20,000 bases of DNA from Batkoa obscura. Taxonomy: Eukaryota. Below the pieces are notes generated by a model. That model worked only from the letters and a program-made list of their open reading frames with translations. It was not told where the DNA came from and did no database searches. Of this stretch, positions 1 to 8,820 are shown piece by piece. Every line of letters starts with the position of its first letter. The first letter of the stretch is position 1. The position numbers and the translations under genes were made by a program. The stretch covers positions 1,044,194 to 1,064,193 of the forward strand of contig JASVEC010000018.1 in assembly GCA_030770535.1 (NCBI GenBank), in the 5' to 3' direction.

Positions 1-1191
1 GAAGAATACTATGGTAATGAATAGTACCTTTTTTGTTTTTTATCTTTTTCCTATACCTATTACCGCCCAATTTTTTAATTCTTACTCAAGTTTTTTCTGT
101 CCAATTTTAGATTGAGTAGAGTAAAATTTTAACATGTTTTTCTCAAACGTTTCAAGTGAAAATCGAAATTTATCAAAAATAAAAATAAACATAAAAGTGA
201 AGTTAAAATGGGTTAAACTTGTAATTGTTTATTTTGTGATATTGAAAAACATTTTTTTTAATAAATACAAAACTTAACGACTGTAGTATCAGTAAAACTT
301 CCAACATCAAAATTGATAAAAGCTGTTTCTATTTTTAAAATACTTCAACTTTAAACTTAAAATTGGAGAGTTTTATCAAAGCAAAACTATGTTTTGAAGA
401 AGAGTGTTTAGTGTTTATTCTTAGTTTTGAGCACATTTTTCTCAATGACTTGATTGATATTAAAAACATGTTAACTTTTATAATATAACCAATTTTGATT
501 TTAAGTTATTTATAAGTTATAATCAAAATATATTAAATAAAGCATAATAAAAATTTAAAGTTCAAATTTATTGTACTGTACAAACCATTTATTAAAAAGT
601 TAAAGAGTTTCTTTTAGCTAAACGTACTTTAGCTTCCTTGAAGCTGCTAACCCAGGTAGTCTTATATTTAATAGGTATAAAAAGCATTGATAACCTTGTA
701 ATTCCTTTTGGCAACAAGAGTTTCGTGTACATCTAGTATACACAATACAAAACTATAGTTCTTTTGCCAATCAAACTTTTAATATCAATGTCTTCTAAAT
801 TTTATGCTACATAAAGATAAATAAAAATGGAAATAAAAAATAGCATCACCTTTTTAAAAAATTGTCCAAAGTACTTTCATTTTCAATTAGTATTGATAAA
901 GGTGAGTGGTGAGATACTCCCTCTCTTCAGTCAAGGTTCAAACTTGAATTCTTGGTCTGACAAAAGAAGAATGGATTGTTCGTCAAAGAAGTACTATATG
1001 TATTATCTTTCAAAGTAGTGAGAAGTCTATATAGCTTGTCAAAGTGTCCCCATATCTTCTAAACCTCGAAACTTTCTTTAAATATTCTATATATCGATAT
1101 TCTTGAAATGCTCAAACTATCTTAAATAAATCAAACCGTCCAACATGCATGTATAATCAAAATAAAGTTGATATTGCTAAAAATACCATGT

Positions 1192-1289
1192 GGGGATGTT
1201 TTTTTAGTTTCATCACTTTTTCCATTTTTTAAGCGCTATTTAAGTGGAAAATTTGTTAGTAAAGTTCTTAAACATAAAAACACATCCCC
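1192..1289 (-). mobile_element. MITE-like repeat, copy 1 (98 bp)
   Basis: Termini GGGGATGTTTTT...AAAACACATCCCC. The body is the reverse complement of copies 2, 3 and 5 and has the same orientation as copy 4. Strand labels are relative only. Confidence 0.8.
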
Positions 1290-1354
1290 ATATACTTAAT
1301 TTAACATGCTTAGAAAATTTGTTTTCTAAAAAGTTTAAAGATACTTTACAATAT

Positions 1355-1447
1355 GGGGATGTATTTTTGTATTTAAGAATTTTACTAATTTTTCCACTCA
1401 AATATCGTTTAAAAAATGGAAAAAGTGATGAAGCCAAAAACATCACT
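1355..1447 (+). mobile_element. MITE-like repeat, copy 2
   Basis: AT-GGGGATGTATTTTTGT...TTTACTAA...TTTTCCACTCAAATA...AAAATGGAAAAAGTGATGAAGCCAAAAACATCACT-AT; right TIR degenerate. Confidence 0.8.
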
Positions 1448-1451
1448 ATAT

Positions 1452-1545
1452 GGGGATGTGTTTTTTTATTTGAGAATTTTACTACAATCTTTCCACTCAA
1501 ACAGCGCTTAAAAATGGAAAAATAATGAAACTAAAAAACAGTCTC
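1452..1545 (+). mobile_element. MITE-like repeat, copy 3 (tandem to copy 2, separated by ATAT)
   Basis: AT-GGGGATGTGTTTTT...TTTCCACTCAAACAGCGCTTAAAAATGGAAAAATAATGAAACTAAAAAACAGTCTC-AT. Confidence 0.78.
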
Positions 1546-2219
1546 ATATATTGAATATAATAGTTAATGTTTACTAATATAACTTAGCAAGTAATTTAAG
1601 ACTTAAGGTTTATCATATAAAAATCGTTAATTTTTAATATCAATTAAACTTCTGCAGAAATGAAAAACCTTATGTAGACCATTAAAGGAATGGAGTTTAA
1701 GAAGGTGCTGAAATACCAGAACACTTACCAAAAAAGTGAGCAGTTGTATTGGACCCTCTACTACATTCACATTTTATTTCCTATCTTGTAGTGCAATACT
1801 ACATTCACTTTCCACCCATAAATAAACTTTAGAGTTTATTGGTTCTTTCAAGGTCCTTAAAAAAATTTATAAATTTATACCTTGTTGAATTTTCTTCTTG
1901 TATAGTTTAAGACAAAAGAATTAATATCAGTAGTACGTATATAGTTACTATATTCTAACTTCTAAAAACAAAAAACTATTATTATAAAAATACATTTTTC
2001 TTTGGTAATGGTGATATTTTATCATTTTTGGTCTTTAAGTCTAATATTGTATTAGTACATATAAATTTAAAACTTTGGAGCATATTCATGTTACAGTTTT
2101 ATACTATAACCCTTTTTTAATATTAGGAAAAATTTCTATAATAACTAATTATAACAAAACAAAATCGTAAAAAAATTACAAATATAGGAAATAAAAACTA
2201 TTTCATTTAGAATAAACAC

Positions 2220-2866
2220 TTAGCTTGAAAGGGGAATTTCAATTTCTCTTATTCCATTAGCATCTGCTACATCAAATTTGAAGTTGCTAAAGTTGATAAT
2301 AAATCTAGTCTTTAATTCCAAAAGACATTTCTTGATCACTTCTTTAGCTTCCTCTAATTCCATATCTGGTTTATAATAGCGATCCAATAATGACATTAAA
2401 TAAAAAGCTCCATAACCATGAGAAGCGAAATTTACTGACTCACTACTTGCTAAATAATCTAACCAATAAAGTTTTGGCCCGTCTTTTTTACTCCAGCCTG
2501 AAATCAAGCTATTTACTTGGTAAGGATTCTTTATATCATAGATTAAAAATAAATAATAAATTATGTAAAATTAATTACTCTAGAACGTAAAGATTCGGCT
2601 AACTGGCGACGAGTAAAAGAGGCGACCTGGGGGGTAGTAAGATCTTCACCATTATTAGTAAAATGAAAAAGTTGAACATTTTTTTGAATAAATTCGGCAA
2701 ATTGAACAGTGTCTCCGGATTCTCCAGTAAAGTAAATGGCATTATGTTTATTAAGGATACGTGATTTTGGTTCAGTTGATTTTAATACAGTAATGGATCT
2801 AATTACTGTAGTGTCTCCACCACATATAGTGAAATCTTTTCCAACAAGGCCTACAACTACTTCCAT
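2220..2866 (-). CDS. PRE1: 20S proteasome subunit beta type-4 (beta-4 / PSMB2), 198 aa, 2 exons
   Basis: Exons 2866-2579 and 2528-2220; 50-nt intron 2578-2529 (GTAATT...AAAG). Spliced protein MEVVVGLVGKDFTICGGD...GESGDTVQFAEFIQKNVQL...AESLRSR/NPYQVNSLISGW...LYWLDYLAS...HGYGAFYLMSLLDRYY...ELKTRFIINF has the characteristic beta-4 motifs. Confidence 0.96.
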
Positions 2867-3029
2867 TATAATTGAATTGAATAAAGCTATTTTGCTTGGT
2901 TTGTGCTTTTTTCTAATTTCTAAGATGACGTTTCTAATTTGCAAATAATTGTAGCAAATCAACTACTTTTTTGCAAATGTTAAAAAACTAATTTTATATT
3001 AAAAATTATAGTCTAAGTTTATATAAAAG
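2867..3029. promoter_or_regulatory. Compact bidirectional promoter between PRE1 and the EF-hand gene
   Basis: Only 163 bp separate the two divergent ATGs (2866 on -, 3030 on +). Contains TGACGT, two TTTGCAAA palindromes and a repeated TTTCTAATTT. Function is inferred from geometry. Confidence 0.6.
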
Positions 3030-3367
3030 ATGAGTGAATTGAAATATGAAATATTAGATGAAGAAGGATATTTAAAAGAAAGTATAGCCGATTTAATAGA
3101 AGAAGTCTTTGAAAATTTTGATGTAGATAAAGATGGAGTATTGAATAGCGAAGAACTGCAAGCATTTTCTGTCAAATTAAATGGTAAACCATTCAGTAAA
3201 GAAGAATTAAAAGAGATCGAAGAGTATTTCGATATTGATGATAATGGTTTCATTACTAAAGCTGGATTCCACCAAATGTTTGACTTACAATCTTCGCTGA
3301 ACCTGAAGAAACCATTAAAGATTTAGAAACGTTGGGTTATGATCTGGAGAAATATTTGGAAAAATAA
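3030..3367 (+). CDS. Small EF-hand calcium-binding protein (~112 aa), frameshifted near 3291-3296
   Basis: Canonical EF loop DVDKDGVLNSEE and a second degenerate loop DIDDNGFITKAG. The frame from 3030 stops at 3326, but the -1 frame from 3296 reads AEPEETIKDLETLGYDLEKYLEK* (TAA 3365-3367), which looks like the real C-terminus (ET..L..LGY motif). Confidence 0.8.
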
Positions 3368-3659
3368 TTACAATAAAAATTATACATACAATGGTAAAGC
3401 TATTTTAAATGCTATTTGTATCATAACATTACTAATGTTAGTTTGTTTTTTAAATTGATGTATATATGTTTAATAATTTTTAAAATAAATCTTAATTTTA
3501 TTGAATAGTTAAGGCAGAATTTAAAGGATATGAATTAAATAAAAAAAGATAGAAAGTTGAAAAGAAAATGAAGGAATAAAAGGATGTGAAGGTGAAGTAA
3601 AAATAAAACAACAAAAAAAGAACAAAGGTAAAAAAGACCAAAAGATAAATGGAAGACAT

Positions 3660-4790
3660 AACCAAAAAATAATACTATTATTATTTTCATCTACATTATT
3701 ATCATTGATATTATTATCGTCAGTGTTATTGTCATTACCAGTATTTTGCTTTTTGATGATTCTATTTTTTGAATTTCTTACAAATTAGTTAATTAAGATC
3801 TTATTACCAATATAGTTTGATACTCTTGAACTGAGTTTTCTATAAGTGTCAATAACATAATTTATATATTCTAAAATATCTTTTTTGCAATTAATTTTAG
3901 CCGTAATAGCATCAATTTTACTCCAATAAGTTTGTTTTTTTCAAAGAATCTTTTTGTTTTATGTTTACTAGTTATGTGTTTATTTTTTTTATTTTCTAGA
4001 TATCGTTGAATGTTGCTCGTTATTAGTGGAGTTAGTAGCTAAGGTTTCAATAGCGCTATTACAATTTGAAATTAAAGGTTTTGGTTTATGATGAGAATTT
4101 TTGGATGATGTTGGCTGTTGATGATTTCTGTAAAGGCTATGAGCAAAGCTTCAGATATATTGTTTTTATCTAAGGTAGGTAGCTTTGGTTTGTCGGGTAA
4201 TTTCCCTATATTACTTTTTGACCATTTTCAACGGAATTTACAACTAAGGCTCTATTATTATTACTAGAATTTATAGTTGGGGCTTTTAGTTTGTGAGGCT
4301 AGTTTTTAGGTACTATTGGTTTTTGGCTATTTCCAGTGGGTTGGTAGTCAAGGTTCTTGTAGGGTTGATATGAAAAATCCCAGTGCTATTATTTGTACAT
4401 TCAAAAACTGAAGGGCTATTGAGTAAATTATTAAGGCTTGGGATTAAAAGGAGTTGGTTTGTGGTGATAGAGTTCGGAGGAGGAAATAGCTCAATAGAAC
4501 TCCTTTTGAAAGTAAAATAGAGTAAAGCATATCAAAAGTATTCTGTTGATTTATAGCATTGAAGTCGGTGTTCTTCTTGTAAATCTGGCTGCTCAGTTTG
4601 GAGGCCTGTATAGATCGTATAACCTTTTAAACCTTCTTCGCCATTTAGACAACAGGTAGTTTGGTATATCAAGTACTTAAGTACAAAAAGATAGATACTG
4701 ACTATGAAATGGTGACGATTATATAATGACTTTGATGTATTTTTATTGGCTGCTTTCTAACTACCCACAATTCTGCAACAAGATATTGGA
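3660..4790 (-). pseudogene. Unidentified decayed coding sequence
   Basis: Higher GC than flanks. Long coding-like stretches broken by stops and frameshifts on the - strand, e.g. YQTTCCLNGEEGLKGYTIYTGLQTEQPDLQEEHRLQCYK, a P/S/T/N-rich middle, and KQTYWSKIDAITAKINCKKDILEYINYVIDTY...NDNNTDDNINDNNVDEN. Family not recognised; boundaries approximate. Confidence 0.35.
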
Positions 4791-4984
4791 AAAATAACAA
4801 AGTATTGAATTAGATGCTTGTCGTTTTTAAAGTTTATTTTTGCATAAAATTAGATATAGCCAATTATTAATAAGTTAATTAAATACAGGATCCTAGATCT
4901 TTATCTCAAAAAGTATTTTTTTATTGTCATGATAGTTTCTAATACAATATTATCCAGTTCTGACATTAATATACAACTTAGTAT

Positions 4985-6533
4985 ATATATGAATGATTCC
5001 CGTATTATGAATATTATGTTTTGTTTAATGGATATAAAAGTCATGATAAGTGGTGGAGGCACTAACATCCATTTGTGCCACCATCAGTAGCTGATCAAGC
5101 AGACGAAGCATCTAGCCTATCTGATCCAAAAGAAGGACCAAAAAGGCAACCAGAACCAGAACCAATAGTTAAGGGAGTTAAATAATTGACTAAAAAAATA
5201 TTGAAAAGAATGAGGCCTTTAAAGAAAAGGATGTTGAATCTCAAGCTCATAAAAACATAATTTTAGTCAAGTTTTAACTTGTCTCAATAACACTTTTGCA
5301 CTTGAAAATACTAATATTACTATCCTTATTAACAAAGCTGGTAATTTTGCTATATCAGCTAAAAAGTATGAGATTAACATGATTTTGTGGCTGTTTTATT
5401 TGAAATAAAAGAATACAATGAATGTTTAAAGTATATGAGCAGGCAGCTGAAACTGGGCGTGAACATCGTGCCGACTTTAAACTGATAGCAAAGTAGGTTT
5501 ATGGATTTAATTTTAAATTTATGTGTTTAACCTTTATTAGAGTTTTTGATTGTATTGGTAATGTTTATGTAAAAAGGAATGATTTAGATAAGGTTATCAA
5601 ATATTTCAATATGTCTCTTACTGAGTATTGTACTGCTGGTATTCTTACCGACTCAAAGAAGAAAATATAGTTAGTAATTTAATGATGGTTGAATTAACAT
5701 AGAATTTCAGGCTGAAAAAGCTAATCGGTTAAATAAAAGGAAGCTTATTATAACCTAGATTTAGTTAATCAAACAAGAGAAAAAGAAAAAGAAAAATTCA
5801 AAGAGTAACTTTTTGGAAGCTGCTAAACATTATACTGAAGCCATTAAGAGAATTGAAAAGGATCCAAGTTGCTATTCTAATCGTAAAGCTTGTTATACTA
5901 AATTAATGGTTTTTCATGAGCCTATAAAAGATTGTGGTACTTATTAGATTAGATTCAACTTTTAATAACTAGCTTTATTTTACTTCTGATACAAATAATG
6001 TTAACATGAATTTTTAGTCAAAGCCTATTTACATGAAACCATATTTGAATTTTTAAGATTATGGCAAACATATTGAAATTTGCGAAGAAGTAGAACAATA
6101 TGATGTCGATAGAAAGTATACTAATGAAATTAAAAAGATTTACAAAGCTAATTGAGTTTTAATTTTATTACCATCTGAATGAATAACTGAAAAAGAAGGC
6201 CAAAAAGCATTAAAGAGAGCTGCTGAAGATTCAGAAGTCTAACATAATATACAGGATCATGATATGGGAGTGTTTTTTTTGACTTCATTATTTTTTCCAT
6301 TTTTTAAGCACTATTTAAGCAGAAAATTTGTTAGTAAAATTCTTAAACACAAAAATACATCCTCATATAGTAAATTTTACAAATGTAATCTAACTTTGCT
6401 GCCACTCAAGTGTAAATTTTTTATATTGTTGTTTTATTGATACTGTACTTATTTCTATGTTTAGGCATATAAAGAATCCTACTATTGGTTGCAATATTTG
6501 CAAATTAAGTTTAGTATTATCAGAATGTGTTAA
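4985..6533 (+). pseudogene. STI1: STI1/HOP (Hsp70-Hsp90 organising protein) pseudogene, 5'-truncated, intron-retaining
   Basis: Colinear relics of DP1 (YMNDSRIMNIM), linker (PKRQPEPEP), TPR2A (ETGREHRADFKLIAK / IGNVY...IKYFNMSLTEY), TPR2B ([12 protein letters not shown]...[12 protein letters not shown]...IKDC, KAYL) and DP2 (RAAEDSEV*..IQD, HIKNPTI, IIRMC*). Many stops and frameshifts. GT-AG intron 5493-5540 is retained. TPR1 not found; 5' edge approximate. Confidence 0.9.
6266..6364 (-). mobile_element. MITE-like repeat, copy 4, inserted in the STI1 pseudogene DP2 region
   Basis: AT-GGGAGTGTTTTT...TTTTCCATTTTTTAAGCACTATTTAAGCAGAAAATTTGTTAGTAAA...AAAATACATCCTC-AT, colinear with copy 1. STI1 homology resumes right after it (ILQ..M*S..AATQ, HIKNP). 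Confidence 0.85.
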
Positions 6534-7290
6534 TAAATTAAATCCGACTGTTTTTTTTAAATTACATTAAGATATAGTTTAATTTCACTAATCAAAATTA
6601 AAAATTAGAAAATTGATCTCATCTCAATTATTTCATTATCATTCTAATATATAAAATTAAATTAAATTGATATAATTGCCTTATTTAAGATAAAGTTTTA
6701 TTGAAGTGGCTCGGAGAAAAGTTTATATTAGCATTACCAATATAGATGTTACTCTTTTGTTATATTAATTATCTTTACTAATTACTAGAAATCGCTTCCA
6801 AACACTCAAACATCTCCTTTATGGATGTAACGATGTTATCTTAATCTTAACATAATAAAGATTATAAAATTCAATAATTCAATATAAAACTCATAAAAAA
6901 TTTGACAAAATAAACAAAACTCATAGAAGAACATCAAAAACTTTTTATTAATTATAAAAAACTAAAACCTAAATTGAAAAATATAAAATACAAAAAATAA
7001 TTAAAAAATAAAGTAAAATAAATAAAAATAGCTAGCTAAATAAATAAAAATCATTAGTTTTGGGCTGTGAGATCATCATCATTATTTCTTTACAAATCCG
7101 ACATCATAACCTGGACACATGGACTACGGTTCAAATTGAGATTTAAAATTTATTAAAATAAAAGTGCACAAGAGTTGGCATAAACAATAGAGTTATAGAA
7201 AAGTAATTGTGTTTATAAAAGTAGTTGAAACCATAGAACTCTACTAATAATAATTGCCTTAATAATACTTGAAATTTTGGATTTTTAAAT

Positions 7291-8820
7291 TTATAATCCA
7301 AAATCAACATCCAAATCATCTAAATCTAACTCCCCTAAATCTTGGTCATGGTCCAAATCAAAATCAAGTTGATCAACTTCAAACTCTAAATCTAACCCAT
7401 CAATAATTGCATTCTCATCGGTTGACTTGGCATCCCCATTCACATCCTTACTCTTCTTTATTGTATGCTCTTTGGCTGGTGAAGGACTTCTTTCTCTCTT
7501 TTCATTCTTTGCGGAACTAACTGGTAATGGAATAGTTTCATTTTCTTTTTTATTATCTTTTGTATTTACATCGCTAACTCCATTACCTGATTGATTATTT
7601 TTATTTTCTTGATTTATTTTTGGTGGTGAAACAGAGCCAGTAGAATTGGAGGTATTGAACCCTTCTTTATTATTTTCTTTAGCTTGTCTTTGGCGTTTTT
7701 CTTTTAAAATTTCCTCAAGAGACTTTACTTTGATATCTTTAAATTGTTCTTCAGAAGCTTTCTTAGTATTAGAAGGAGGAGAGGACTTGACCTTATCCAT
7801 AGCACGAGAATTCGCTTTATTTTCCTTGTTCTTGTTGTTATTATTTTCTTTATTATTAAAATTAGATAAACGATCATTTATAGAACGTGGTTGATTTGCT
7901 TTTTTGTTTGTTTCTTTGGTATTACCATTTTGTTGTTGTTGTTGATTATTCTGTTGATTAGACTTATTTTTAAAGTTGTTCTTGTTTTGATGTTGACCAT
8001 GACCGCCATTGGCAGCTGGTTGCATATTGCTTTTAGGCACAAAGCTTAAAGTGCCATTGGAATGAGCGGTGTTGTTACCGTGTTTTAGTAACCCGTTTTG
8101 ACTAGACATAAAACTAAGGCCTCCATTTTGTTTTGGTGATATCTTTTGTTGGTTGTTGACCGAGTGACCATTGTTCTTCGAATTAGATAATCCAGGTTTG
8201 GGTACAAAAGGTCTTGCATATGGATTAGGTAACCCTGAAAAGTTACTTTTAGCCTCACCTTGATTATCAACAGAACCAGAATCGGATTCATGAGGTGGCG
8301 ATACAACTTGTGCATTAATAGCTTGAGTAGCTACTGAACGAACACTTGGTTTTGGAATGACATTTGGTATAACTTTTTATTGTATAAGCATAGGTCTAAA
8401 TATATTTTAATAAATGCACTCACTTGTTTTTGGCATGGAATGTTTGAATGGACAAGTTGGTTTCAAACAACCGCCGTTGAGTTCCCAATAACATTGAATT
8501 TCTGCTTTGGAAGCTTGAGCTACCTACAACATAAAATAAGTATTGTAGCAGATAATAGATAGATAAAAACATACTGGTTGATTAGGAACATGAAAAGTAG
8601 AATGTAGTTTATCGCAATTATCAGTTTTGCAAATCTTAGTGGTAGACCAGTCAGGGCAAAGGACTTTATTGGTTTTACATACTTCATTGTGTCGAAAACT
8701 ACACATTGCGCCCTTTAACACAAAGATAAGATATTAATTAAAAGAATAAATTAAGCGAATTACTTTGGTACAACCATCAGCAAGGAAAAAATAACAATCT
8801 TGTCTTGAATCTATAGTCAT
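7291..8820 (-). CDS. ZC3H11-like CCCH zinc-finger RNA-binding protein, ~458 aa, 4 exons
   Basis: Exons 8820-8764, 8712-8575, 8523-8424, 8372-7291; introns 8763-8713, 8574-8524, 8423-8373 (51 nt each). N-terminus DCYFFLADGCTKGAMCSFRH / CPDWSTTKICKTDNCDKLH / IQCYWELNGGCLKPTCPFKH matches the ZC3H11A three-finger array (DCYF..CTKG..C.FRH; CYWE..GC.K..C.F.H). Also has the VKSLEEILKEK motif and an acidic tail. Confidence 0.85.

Noticed and set aside
827..1018. 63-aa ORF
   Set aside because: No recognisable motif; overlaps a decayed region with coding-like signal in other frames.
1240..1525. ORFs 1240-1500 (-) and 1244-1525 (+)
   Set aside because: They lie entirely within the MITE cluster; their mutual similarity comes from the inverted repeats, and no protein motif is present.
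1192..1545. CRISPR-like or satellite array
   Set aside because: Units are ~95 bp, in mixed orientation, without unique regular spacers, and dispersed elsewhere; the context is eukaryotic with no cas genes.
1759..1808. 12-bp direct repeat TACTACATTCAC
   Set aside because: Only two copies 38 bp apart, with no structure between them to support an element.
2390..3253. ORFs 2390-2590 (+), 2736-2948 (+), 2999-3253 (-)
   Set aside because: Antisense shadows of PRE1 and the EF-hand gene.
3285..3330. Programmed -1 ribosomal frameshift in the EF-hand gene
   Set aside because: No slippery heptamer at the shift point and no evident downstream stimulatory structure.
7060..7140. SECIS-like or C/D snoRNA-like element downstream of the CCCH gene
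   Set aside because: ATGA/TGATGA words are present, but the stem is poor, there is no properly placed CTGA box, and the gene has no in-frame TGA.
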